Source: Candidatus Pacearchaeota archaeon (GTDB lineage: Archaea > Nanobdellota > Nanobdellia > Pacearchaeales > GW2011-AR1). From it: a stretch of 32,000 nucleotides of DNA. Shown here piece after piece: positions 1 to 8,203 of this stretch (positions are counted from its first letter, which is position 1; the number at the start of each line of letters is the position of its first letter). The stretch is taken from positions 1 through 32,000 of the forward strand of contig JAFCEO010000007.1 of NCBI GenBank assembly GCA_017609085.1, written 5' to 3'. The translations under genes were made by a program, and so were the position numbers. The notes beneath the pieces were generated by a model. That model did no database searches. It was given only the letters and a program-made list of their open reading frames with translations, and was not told the DNA's origin.

Positions 1-3
1 TAA

Positions 4-112
4 GCCCGCATGGCACAAGGGTACTGCACCGGCTTGGAGCGAAAAGAAAAACCAAGATTGATAAAAAGCCGGGTCCTTTTTGGACATCCAGGTTCGAGTC
101 CTGGTGCGGGCG
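4..112 (+). tRNA. tRNA-Ser (anticodon GGA) with a 27-nt intron (40-66) after position 37
   Basis: Acceptor GCCCGCA (4-10) pairs with TGCGGGC (105-111), with discriminator G112. The D-loop carries GG. Anticodon stem is CCGGC (29-33) / GCCGG (68-72), loop TT-GGA-G. A long variable arm GTCC-TTTTT-GGAC (73-85) marks a class II tRNA. T-arm is CCAGG-TTCGAGT-CCTGG (88-104). No CCA is encoded. Confidence 0.85.
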
Positions 113-234
113 TTCCCCATAAATTTTTAAAATATGATCTATTACCACTTCTTCAAAAAAACACGAAATAGAAGGGTTTAAAAAGCCTCAAAAACTGATT
201 TTTTTGACTAAGGGAAAAAACCTTTAGTTAAAAA

Positions 235-2469
235 ATGAAAGAAGATGATGAAGAGCCGATAGATAAATTTAATCACTCTACAATCTGTTTTTTAAGCAAT
301 TTTCCACCAAAAGAATGCGGTATAGCAACTTTTACGCGGGATTTAATAACCTCTTTAAATAAAAAATTTAATCCAAAACTCAAATCGAAAGTTATAGCTT
401 TAAATGAAGATGAAAGTCTTTATAATTACGGTAATAAAGTAATCTTACAACTTAATAAAGATGATATTGAAGATTATATAGCAATAGCAAAAAAAATAAA
501 TAATTCTGATATCAAACTTGTGTGTATACAACATGAATTCGGCATCTTTGGGGGGGAATTAGGAAATTATCTAATTCCTTTCTTAGAGACTATTGAAAAA
601 CCTGTTGTTGTTACATTCCATAGTGTTCTTCCAGACCCTGACGAAGAAAGAAAAAAGATAGTTAAAGGAATAGCCTCAAGAGCTTCAGCAATAGTGGTTA
701 TGGCAAACGCTGCTGTAGATATCTTAAATAGAGATTACAATATAGAAAGAAGTAAAATACATGTTGTTTACCATGGAATTCCAAATGTTTCTTTTTGTCC
801 AAGCAAAAATTTCAAAAAAAGATTAAAATTAAGCAACAGAATTGTTTTATCTACTTTTGGTTTGTTAAGTAGGGGGAAAGGGATAGAGTATATGATTAAA
901 GCACTTCCTCCTTTAGTTAAAAAATATCCGAATATTCTTTATCTTGTTATTGGAGAAACACATCCTAATGTAAGAAAAGAGGAAGGAGAAAGATATAGAA
1001 ACAGACTTATAAAACTTGTTGAAAAACTTGGTTTAAAAAATAATGTTAAATTTTATAATAAATATCTAACATTGCAAGAAATAATCTCTTATCTTTTAGC
1101 AACCGATGTCTATATTTGTACAAATCTCGATGAAAACCAGATTGTTTCTGGAACTTTATCTTATGCCTTAGGTTGCGGAAAAGCGATAGTTTCCACACCA
1201 AGCATTTATGCCAGAGAAATCCTCTCTGAAGGAAAAGGGCTTCTTGTCAAATTCAGAAATCCAAAATCTTTTACAAAAGCTATTGATAGCATCTTATCAA
1301 ATAAAGAACTAAAAGAAAGTTTAGAGAAAAAAGCATATATTTTCAGCAGAGTAATGATATGGCCGAATGTCGCTGTCCGATATTTAGATGTTTTCAATAG
1401 AGTAGTTAAGCTAAGAGAAGAAACTACAAAAAAATATCCATCTATAAAACTCAACCATCTAAAAAATTTAACAGACAACTTTGGGATTATTCAATTCTCA
1501 AAACTTTCTTTTCCAGATAAAAGTTCAGGGTATACAGTAGATGATAATGCAAGAGCATTAATAACAGCTGTGTTACATAACTCCCTTTTTAACTCTCCAC
1601 TTACATTAAAGTTGGCAAAAACTTATCTGAATTTTCTAGAACATGCGCAGGAAGAAAATGGCAATTTTAAAAATAATTTTAAGAATGAAAACGATATACT
1701 TAAACCTTGTAGCGAAGATGCTTTTGGAAGAGCAATGTGGGCACTTGGTTATACAGTTTATAAATCTCATAATGAGGAGCTCGTAAAAAAAGCAAAAAGA
1801 TTATTTGACAAGTCCATTAAAATGATTAATGAACTAAAAAATTTGAGAGCAAAAGCATTCACCATTCTCGGTCTGTATTACTATTATAAAAAATATGAAA
1901 ATAAAGAATGTATTACAAAAATAAAAAATCTTGCGAACTCTCTTCTTTCTTCTTATAAGAATGAATCTTCAGAAGACTGGCAGTGGTTTGAAAAAGAACT
2001 AACTTACTCTAACAGTAAAATTCCAGAAGCCCTTTTTTTGGCCTATGATGTTATCCAGAATAAAGAATATTTGGAAGTTGCAGAAAAAACTCTTCATTTC
2101 TTGTCAGATGTCACATTCATTGATGATGAAATAGTGCCAATAGGACAAAACGGTTGGCTCAAAAAAAATGGTAAGAGAGCTTTATTTGACCAGCAACCCG
2201 TTGATGTCTCCTCCACAGTCCAAACATATCTCATTGCATATTCATTAACTGGAGATAATCACTACTATGAAAAGGCTGTTCTCGCATTTAATTGGTTTTT
2301 GGGAAAAAACTACTTGAAGCAAATGGTTTATAATGAATCGACTGGAGGATGTTATGATGGCTTGTCTAAAGATTTTCTTAATTTAAATCAAGGAGCAGAA
2401 TCAACCATATCTTATTTAATTGCAAGATTGATGTTAGAAGAGGTTAAAAAAAATAAATCTGTTATTTAA
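235..2469 (+). CDS. GT4-family glycosyltransferase fused to a ~350-aa C-terminal helical-repeat domain of unknown function
   Basis: 744-aa ORF with an ATG start. The N-terminal half shares motifs with the second GT in the window: FLSNFPPKECGIATFT, IQHEFGIFGG, VVVTFHSV. The C-terminal half has repeated aromatic/helical segments: DDNARALI, GRAMWALGY, EALFLAY, AFNWFLGKN. Confidence 0.8.
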   Translation: MKEDDEEPIDKFNHSTICFLSNFPPKECGIATFTRDLITSLNKKFNPKLKSKVIALNEDESLYNYGNKVILQLNKDDIEDYIAIAKKINNSDIKLVCIQHEFGIFGGELGNYLIPFLETIEKPVVVTFHSVLPDPDEERKKIVKGIASRASAIVVMANAAVDILNRDYNIERSKIHVVYHGIPNVSFCPSKNFKKRLKLSNRIVLSTFGLLSRGKGIEYMIKALPPLVKKYPNILYLVIGETHPNVRKEEGERYRNRLIKLVEKLGLKNNVKFYNKYLTLQEIISYLLATDVYICTNLDENQIVSGTLSYALGCGKAIVSTPSIYAREILSEGKGLLVKFRNPKSFTKAIDSILSNKELKESLEKKAYIFSRVMIWPNVAVRYLDVFNRVVKLREETTKKYPSIKLNHLKNLTDNFGIIQFSKLSFPDKSSGYTVDDNARALITAVLHNSLFNSPLTLKLAKTYLNFLEHAQEENGNFKNNFKNENDILKPCSEDAFGRAMWALGYTVYKSHNEELVKKAKRLFDKSIKMINELKNLRAKAFTILGLYYYYKKYENKECITKIKNLANSLLSSYKNESSEDWQWFEKELTYSNSKIPEALFLAYDVIQNKEYLEVAEKTLHFLSDVTFIDDEIVPIGQNGWLKKNGKRALFDQQPVDVSSTVQTYLIAYSLTGDNHYYEKAVLAFNWFLGKNYLKQMVYNESTGGCYDGLSKDFLNLNQGAESTISYLIARLMLEEVKKNKSVI

Positions 2470-3053
2470 TTCTCAATAACTGACTCTCGTATTAAAAAAG
2501 GTTTTATAGCATCAAAAAGTTCTCCGATATTCTTTCTTTTCCTCTTGCAAAGCTGTTTTTTGCTGTACCAGTTTATTACATAATTTCTCCAAATTTTATT
2601 TTTTAATTTTGAGGCATGTTCCCCAAAAAATACTTTTATTTTATCTTCTTTTTTATTCTCTACAACTAAGTGTGGAATCTCCTTCAAATATTTTTTACCT
2701 CCGAGAATATAAGCAAGTAAAGAATGATGGCCGTCAAACAAAATCAGCTCTTTTTTCATTTTAACTAATTTTATATTTGGTAAACCACTACATAAAATAT
2801 CTTTTCCGTTCTTAATTTCCTTTAGCAAAATTTTTATTTTTTCTTTATCAATTCCTTCCTCATCGTGAAGATTTATAATATTCCTCAATAAAATGTCTTT
2901 GATTTTCTTTTCAAATTTTTTAAATTTCTTTTTTGGGAAAATTTCTTTTTTAAAAAAGTCCACTGCATCATATATTGTTTTTTGAGAAGGAACTTCTGAA
3001 GCAAATATTTTAACCAGGTCTTTCGAAATAGGAAAAAATACTTTTAATTTCAT
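2466..3053 (-). CDS. hypothetical protein with a possible ParB/Srx-like DGHH motif
   Basis: 195-aa ORF with an ATG start. A TATA-like CTATAAAAAG lies about 27 nt upstream. The motif LILFDGHHSLLAY resembles the DGHHR signature of ParB/sulfiredoxin-fold proteins. The stop codon overlaps the stop of the convergent GT gene (TTAA, 2466-2469). Confidence 0.5.
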   Translation of the reverse strand: MKLKVFFPISKDLVKIFASEVPSQKTIYDAVDFFKKEIFPKKKFKKFEKKIKDILLRNIINLHDEEGIDKEKIKILLKEIKNGKDILCSGLPNIKLVKMKKELILFDGHHSLLAYILGGKKYLKEIPHLVVENKKEDKIKVFFGEHASKLKNKIWRNYVINWYSKKQLCKRKRKNIGELFDAIKPFLIRESVIEN

Positions 3054-3137
3054 AAAAAATTTATTGTTAAAGAAGCTATAAAAAGTTTATTCTTTAAAAT
3101 TTGCAATATAATTTTTTATCAACACTAAAATATTTAA

Positions 3138-4295
3138 ATGGATTTTTCTTTTTTTTGTTGCATGATAAAAAAAGTGGTATGGATAAGCAGTTATTTGCCT
3201 CGCTCCTGCGGAATAGCATACTATTCTGTTGATTATATAAATGCTTTAAAAAAGTATGTTAAAAAAAAGGGTGGGAAGATTTCTATTAAAATTATAGCGC
3301 ACACAGACGCAAAAGAAGCAGATTATCCAATAATTAATTTGAAAAACAAAAAGTGGCATCTTAAGGTTCTACAAATCATAAAAAAAGAAAAACCAGACGT
3401 AGTACATATCCAACATGAATATGGATTATACGAAACTTATGAAGATTGCAATAAAAGAGTTCTTGAATTAATAAAATTAGTCAAAGAAGAGAAAATCCCT
3501 GTGGTAATGACCTATCACAGCGTCTATAGAAAATTGAGAGGGTGTTATAAAACATTTGTAGCCAAAACTTTAAAGGAATTAGATGCGGGAATCTTTCATG
3601 AAGAATATCAAAAAAAAGCGTTAAAGAATAATATAGGATACATTCCAGAGAATGTTTATGTTTTGCCTCACGGTTCAAGAGAGGATATAAAACTTAACAA
3701 AAAAGAAGTAAGAAAAGATTTTAATTACGATGATACCTTGGTTGTAGGGTGTGTTGGGTTAGCGAGTGAAAGAAAAGGTTTTATAACTTTAGTAAACCAA
3801 TGGCCAAAAGTTGTCAAAGAGTTTCCAAACGCCATTCTTACCTTAGAATTAAAACCTCATGCAGCAATAGAAACAAGAAAATATATAGACAAAGTTTTAA
3901 AGGCTGTTATGAAAAGTCCCGTAACTAAAAATATTGAATTTATTGTTAAAAATTATAGTGCAATAGAATTTTACAAAAGATTAAAAAGTTTCGATATTCT
4001 TGTTTTGCCTTACAGAAGTGAAAGTCAGTCAGGAGTTTTAGCACACGGATTTGCTGTAGGTGTTCCGGCCATAGTTACAGATATAGAAGGGCTAGGAGCA
4101 GAAATAAAAAACAGTAAGGCAGGAATAGCTGTTAAAAAAAGAGGAAATTTCTGGAAAGCGATAATCAGATTATTAAAAAATAAAAGTTTAAGAGAAAAAT
4201 TTTCCAAGAATGCATTAAATTATGTTAGAACGACAAATGGATGGAATGTAATTGCTGAAAAAACAATTAAAATTTATGAAAAAATTCAGAAATAA
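3138..4295 (+). CDS. GT4-family glycosyltransferase
   Basis: 385-aa ORF. Motifs WISSYLPRSCGIAYYS, IQHEYGLYE and VVMTYHSV parallel those of the 744-aa GT. The C-terminal Rossmann half includes LPYRSESQSGVLAHGFAVGVPAIVT. Confidence 0.8.
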   Translation: MDFSFFCCMIKKVVWISSYLPRSCGIAYYSVDYINALKKYVKKKGGKISIKIIAHTDAKEADYPIINLKNKKWHLKVLQIIKKEKPDVVHIQHEYGLYETYEDCNKRVLELIKLVKEEKIPVVMTYHSVYRKLRGCYKTFVAKTLKELDAGIFHEEYQKKALKNNIGYIPENVYVLPHGSREDIKLNKKEVRKDFNYDDTLVVGCVGLASERKGFITLVNQWPKVVKEFPNAILTLELKPHAAIETRKYIDKVLKAVMKSPVTKNIEFIVKNYSAIEFYKRLKSFDILVLPYRSESQSGVLAHGFAVGVPAIVTDIEGLGAEIKNSKAGIAVKKRGNFWKAIIRLLKNKSLREKFSKNALNYVRTTNGWNVIAEKTIKIYEKIQK

Positions 4296-4316
4296 AAAAT
4301 ACTACAAAAAAGAAAA

Positions 4317-5156
4317 TTATAACCACCTTAATCCTTGAAAATCAAACTTGAAATCGATTACTTTGTCTTTAAATGTTTCTTTAAGTTTTTTCTTATTGCC
4401 GTAAAATAAAATACTCCCCCCATTTCCTGCTCCACAAATTTTAGCAGAAATAGCTCCGTTTTTCATTCCTTTTTTTATCAAATTTTGTATTCTTAAGGGA
4501 AGAATACTTTTATGCAATTTTTTTCTTTCTTCTGTTTCAGCATTCATTAAATTTGCAAATTCGTCTAAATCTTTCTTTAGTAGAGCGTTTTTCATTTCTA
4601 TCGCTATTTTTTTAATTATGATTAAATTTTTCGGAGTTTTTCCACTTTTTAGATTTTCAACCATCAATCTATTAGAAGTTACAGAATAATGGGGCTTTCC
4701 AGTATAAACTAAAATTAAATGATCTTCTAGTTCTTCAATTAAATTTTTGGGCAATTTTAGCCTATTAACCCTCACCTCATCTTTAATAAATTCAAGAAAA
4801 TTTATACCTCCATAAGCAGCAGCATATTGGTCTTGTTTTCCACCAATAATTCCGAGAGCTCTTTCCAACCCATAAACTTTTTCGGCTAAAATTTTTCTTT
4901 TTCGAGTATTTGAGATTAATGCTAGCCATACTAGATTCATCACTCCAGAAGTTCCAAGTCCACTACTCGTAGGAACGTTCCCATAATATCTTAAACTAAC
5001 TTTTTTATCGGAAGCTATTAATTCACCAACTATATATCTATCAATAGCAGCATTTAAAACAGCTCCACCCTCTATATGGGTAAAGGGGTAGATATCTGTT
5101 GTCCCCCCTGCAAAATCAATTCTTACAGGAGCCATAACTCTCTTGACAATCTTCAT
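4317..5156 (-). CDS. GHMP-family sugar kinase (heptose-7-phosphate kinase / fucokinase-like)
   Basis: 279-aa ORF. It has the N-terminal APVRIDFAGGTTDIYPF, GHMP motif 2 (PTSSGLGTSG) and motif 3 (KICGAGNGGSILFYG). A TATA-like TTTATAAAAG lies about 22 nt upstream of the ATG. Confidence 0.8.
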   Translation of the reverse strand: MKIVKRVMAPVRIDFAGGTTDIYPFTHIEGGAVLNAAIDRYIVGELIASDKKVSLRYYGNVPTSSGLGTSGVMNLVWLALISNTRKRKILAEKVYGLERALGIIGGKQDQYAAAYGGINFLEFIKDEVRVNRLKLPKNLIEELEDHLILVYTGKPHYSVTSNRLMVENLKSGKTPKNLIIIKKIAIEMKNALLKKDLDEFANLMNAETEERKKLHKSILPLRIQNLIKKGMKNGAISAKICGAGNGGSILFYGNKKKLKETFKDKVIDFKFDFQGLRWL

Positions 5157-5377
5157 TTTCCTCTTTTCTCTTTTATAAATTAAAAAACATTACTTTAAAT
5201 GTTTTTAGGTTTTTGAAAGAAAAATTTACGAAAAATATAAAAGCCCTACAAATGGAGCTACCCATTACTTCAATCCGAAAATTGCTAAGCCTACTCGAGC
5301 TGAAAAATTAATGAAAAATTGGAAGAATAAAAACATCAAAAGGATAGAGCAAGCACGAATTTTATAAAGAATAAGAT

Positions 5378-6193
5378 TTATTCAACAAGCAGAGAAGCTC
5401 CTAAAATTCCGGGATGTTTAAATTTAGTCCATCTTATTTTTGGAACATGAGGCAGAATTACATACTTGTTCACTTGTTTTTTCACCATATTTAAAAAGGA
5501 GTTTCCTGTTTCTTTAACTCCGCCAGCCAAAATTACAACTTCGGGGTCAAAAATATTAATCAAAGAAGCAATTCCTTGTCCAAGGTAATTTGAAGTTCTC
5601 TTTAAAATTTCTTTCGCCTTTTTATCTTTCTTTTTCAATAAATCCTTAATTAACAGAGTTTTGCCAAAATATTTTTTACTTAAAATTCTACTTTCTTTCC
5701 ATAAACTTTCAAAATCTTTCCCTTTATCAAGAATTATATGGCCTAATTCTCCTCCACACCCCTCTCCAAAATATAACTTATTATTAATAATAACTCCGCC
5801 TCCAATCCCTGTTCCAAGTGTTAAGATAATAAAATTCCTTTTTTTACATCCAAGATTAGATTCTGCTAAAGCGACGCAATTAGCATCATTTTCCACCACT
5901 ACTTTTACTTTAAATTTCCCTTGAAGCTCTTTTTTTAGATTGAAATTCTTTAAAGGCAAGTTTGGAGGATTTTTTATTATTCCGTCTTTTAAAGGTCCGG
6001 GAGAAGCCACACCAATTCCCTTGACATCTTTCGACATTAAACTTGCAATTGTACTATAAAGGTGTTCAAGAAGTTCTTTCTTTGTCTTCGGAGTTTCTTT
6101 TTTTATATATTTTATAATTCTATGATTCTCAATTAAAGCTGTTCTTAAATAAGTTCCCCCCAAATCAACTGCGATAATCTTTTTATCTGCCAT
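5378..6193 (-). CDS. ROK-family sugar kinase (glucokinase-like)
   Basis: 271-aa ORF with IIAVDLGGTYLRTAL, ENDANCVALAE and LTLGTGIGGGVIINNKLYFGEGCGGELGHI. It overlaps the upstream cupin gene by 11 nt. Confidence 0.85.
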   Translation of the reverse strand: MADKKIIAVDLGGTYLRTALIENHRIIKYIKKETPKTKKELLEHLYSTIASLMSKDVKGIGVASPGPLKDGIIKNPPNLPLKNFNLKKELQGKFKVKVVVENDANCVALAESNLGCKKRNFIILTLGTGIGGGVIINNKLYFGEGCGGELGHIILDKGKDFESLWKESRILSKKYFGKTLLIKDLLKKKDKKAKEILKRTSNYLGQGIASLINIFDPEVVILAGGVKETGNSFLNMVKKQVNKYVILPHVPKIRWTKFKHPGILGASLLVE

Positions 6194-6512
6194 ATTTATC
6201 CTCCAATCTTACTTCATCTCTCTCAGAAAATTTGCCAAATGAAATTTCTAAAACTTCCACTGTCTTATTGCCAGCAAAAATTCTGTGGGGTTGTTTTTTT
6301 CTAATCTTCACAACTTCTCCTTTTTTAACCTTGAATTTTTTCTTATCAAGTTGCACAATTCCCGAAGTTAAAAAATACCATAGCTCACTTCTTTTTTTAT
6401 GAAACTGAAGGCTCAATTCTTGTTTGGGTTTAAGCGTCAAAATTTTCACAGTGCACTTCTTATTTAAGACAAACTGTTTAAAACTTCCCCACGGCCTTGT
6501 CACCTCTTTCAT
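6183..6512 (-). CDS. cupin-type mannose-6-phosphate isomerase (type II PMI domain)
   Basis: 109-aa ORF. RPWGSFKQF...KVKILTLKPKQELSLQFHKKRSELWYF matches the PMI/ManC C-terminal cupin signature. Confidence 0.75.
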   Translation of the reverse strand: MKEVTRPWGSFKQFVLNKKCTVKILTLKPKQELSLQFHKKRSELWYFLTSGIVQLDKKKFKVKKGEVVKIRKKQPHRIFAGNKTVEVLEISFGKFSERDEVRLEDKYGR

Positions 6513-6531
6513 ATGTAAAAAAAAGAGAAGT

Positions 6532-6541
6532 TATTTAAATA
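6532..6541. promoter_or_regulatory. palindromic TATA element (TATTTAAATA) shared by divergent genes
   Basis: A perfect 10-nt palindrome centred at 6536.5. It lies 24.5 nt from the PMI ATG (6512, minus strand) and 24.5 nt from the in-frame ATG at 6561 (plus strand). Confidence 0.45.
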
Positions 6542-6560
6542 GTTTATGTTTCAAAATAAT

Positions 6561-7697
6561 ATGAATAGTATGAAAAAGAGGTTCGATATTGGAATTATTG
6601 GTGTGGGCAAATTTGGAAAGTTTCTTATAACTTCATACAAAGAACTCCCAGAGATTAAAATATGTGCAATATGTGGGAAAAGTGAAAAAGGTAGAAGATT
6701 GGCTAAAGAAAATAAAATTCCTTACTTTTATACAGATTATAAAGAACTGTTAAAGAACAAAAAAGTGAAGATTGTTGTTATAGCAACCCCTCCTTTCTTA
6801 CATGCAAAAATGGCAATTGCAGCAATTAAAGAGGGAAAACATGTTTTATGCGAAAAACCTCTTGCTATAAATTTGAAAGATGCGCAAAAAGTTAAGGAAG
6901 CTCTAAAAAGAAATCACACTCTCTTTACTATAGATTATGTTTTAAGAGAAAATCCTTTAATTAAAAAATTAAAAAAAATTATCGATAGTAAAATCTTAGG
7001 AGAGATACAAAACATAAGTTTTGAAAATTTTGCAACTGACAGCCATTTAACTAACAATCACTGGTTCTGGGATAAAAACAAAAGCGGAGGAATTTGGATA
7101 GAACATGGAGTGCATTTTTTTGACCTTTTTTCTTATCTTCTTAATCGAGATATAAAGAAAATTGTTTCTTTCTCTACAAAAAGAAGTAAAAATATAGAGG
7201 ATCAGGTTTCTTGTTTGGTTACATACAGTAATGGAGCTATAGCTTCTTTCTTACATTCGTTTACAAAACCTTCTCAAAATGAAAAAACATTTTATTGTCT
7301 TTCTTTCGATAAAGGCTCTGTTACAATAAAAGGATGGATTCCTCTAGAGCTATCAGTAGAAGTTTTCCTTAATGACAAAGAATATAAAAAATTTAAAAAA
7401 ATATTGAAAAGCAATTTTAGAGTTGAAAATATTAAATTAAGATTAAAGGGCAGAGGAAAAACTTATAATGTTACAAAAAAAGTTAGTTTTAAAGAAAAAT
7501 TAAAGAAAAAAGAAGAAGTGTATAAAGAATCTGTAAAAAATATCATGCTTAATTTAGTTAAAGCCATACAGAAAAAAGAAAAAATAAAAATAAATTTTGA
7601 TGAAGCCTATAAAAGTTTAAAAATAGCTTTAGAAGCAGAAAAAAATACAATATATACCTTTACAAAAAATACAAAAGACTATTATAGAAAATCTTAA
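6561..7697 (+). CDS. Gfo/Idh/MocA-family NAD(P)-dependent oxidoreductase
   Basis: It has an N-terminal Rossmann motif IGIIGVGKFGK, the EKPLA motif and a C-terminal GFO_IDH_MocA-like region (GGIWIEHGVHFFDL). The ORF track starts at 6546. I prefer 6561 because of TATA spacing; 6570 is also possible. Confidence 0.8.
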   Translation: MNSMKKRFDIGIIGVGKFGKFLITSYKELPEIKICAICGKSEKGRRLAKENKIPYFYTDYKELLKNKKVKIVVIATPPFLHAKMAIAAIKEGKHVLCEKPLAINLKDAQKVKEALKRNHTLFTIDYVLRENPLIKKLKKIIDSKILGEIQNISFENFATDSHLTNNHWFWDKNKSGGIWIEHGVHFFDLFSYLLNRDIKKIVSFSTKRSKNIEDQVSCLVTYSNGAIASFLHSFTKPSQNEKTFYCLSFDKGSVTIKGWIPLELSVEVFLNDKEYKKFKKILKSNFRVENIKLRLKGRGKTYNVTKKVSFKEKLKKKEEVYKESVKNIMLNLVKAIQKKEKIKINFDEAYKSLKIALEAEKNTIYTFTKNTKDYYRKS

Positions 7698-7732
7698 ATA
7701 ATCTTTTTTCCGAATAATAAAAAAGAGATAGA

Positions 7733-8188
7733 ATGAAAAAAGTAGGATTTTTCTCATTCACGTGTTGCGAAGGATGTATTATAGTTTTTTTAGAACTTCT
7801 AAATAAAAAGTATTTTGAATATTTAAAAAAAATGAAAATAGAAAATTTCAGACAGATTAAAACAAGTGAAAAAATAAAAAAATTAGACATAGCTTTTGTA
7901 GAAGGCGCCATTTCGACAGAAAGTGAAATTAGAAAATTAAAAGAAATAAGAGAGAAATCTAAATTATTAGTCGCATTAGGTTCTGCAGCTGTCAATGGCT
8001 ATCCCTCTAATCAAAGAAATAATTTTTCTAAAAATAAAAAACAAGAAATTCAAAAATTGATTAAAAAATTCCATCAACTTAAAAGTGTAGAGCCCTTAAA
8101 AAGTTTTGTTAAAGTGGACGATGAAATTCCCGGTTGTCCTGTTGATGAGGCTCTCCTCTCAAAAAAAATTGATTCGTACTTAAAATGA
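7733..8188 (+). CDS. [NiFe]-hydrogenase small subunit, short single-cluster form
   Basis: 151 aa. It has the N-terminal FTCCEGC (CxGC motif) and C-terminal PGCPV. It sits directly upstream of the large subunit with a 15-nt gap. Confidence 0.75.
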   Translation: MKKVGFFSFTCCEGCIIVFLELLNKKYFEYLKKMKIENFRQIKTSEKIKKLDIAFVEGAISTESEIRKLKEIREKSKLLVALGSAAVNGYPSNQRNNFSKNKKQEIQKLIKKFHQLKSVEPLKSFVKVDDEIPGCPVDEALLSKKIDSYLK

Positions 8189-8203
8189 ATTTTAAAAAAT
8201 AAA

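Noticed and set aside
5157-5377. A 220-nt spacer between the ROK and GHMP kinase genes has a locally higher-GC stretch and several 17-30-codon ORFs.
   Set aside because: None of the small ORFs has a start context or recognisable sequence, and I found no stable hairpin or repeat. The proximal part is explained by the GHMP kinase promoter (TTTATAAAAG).
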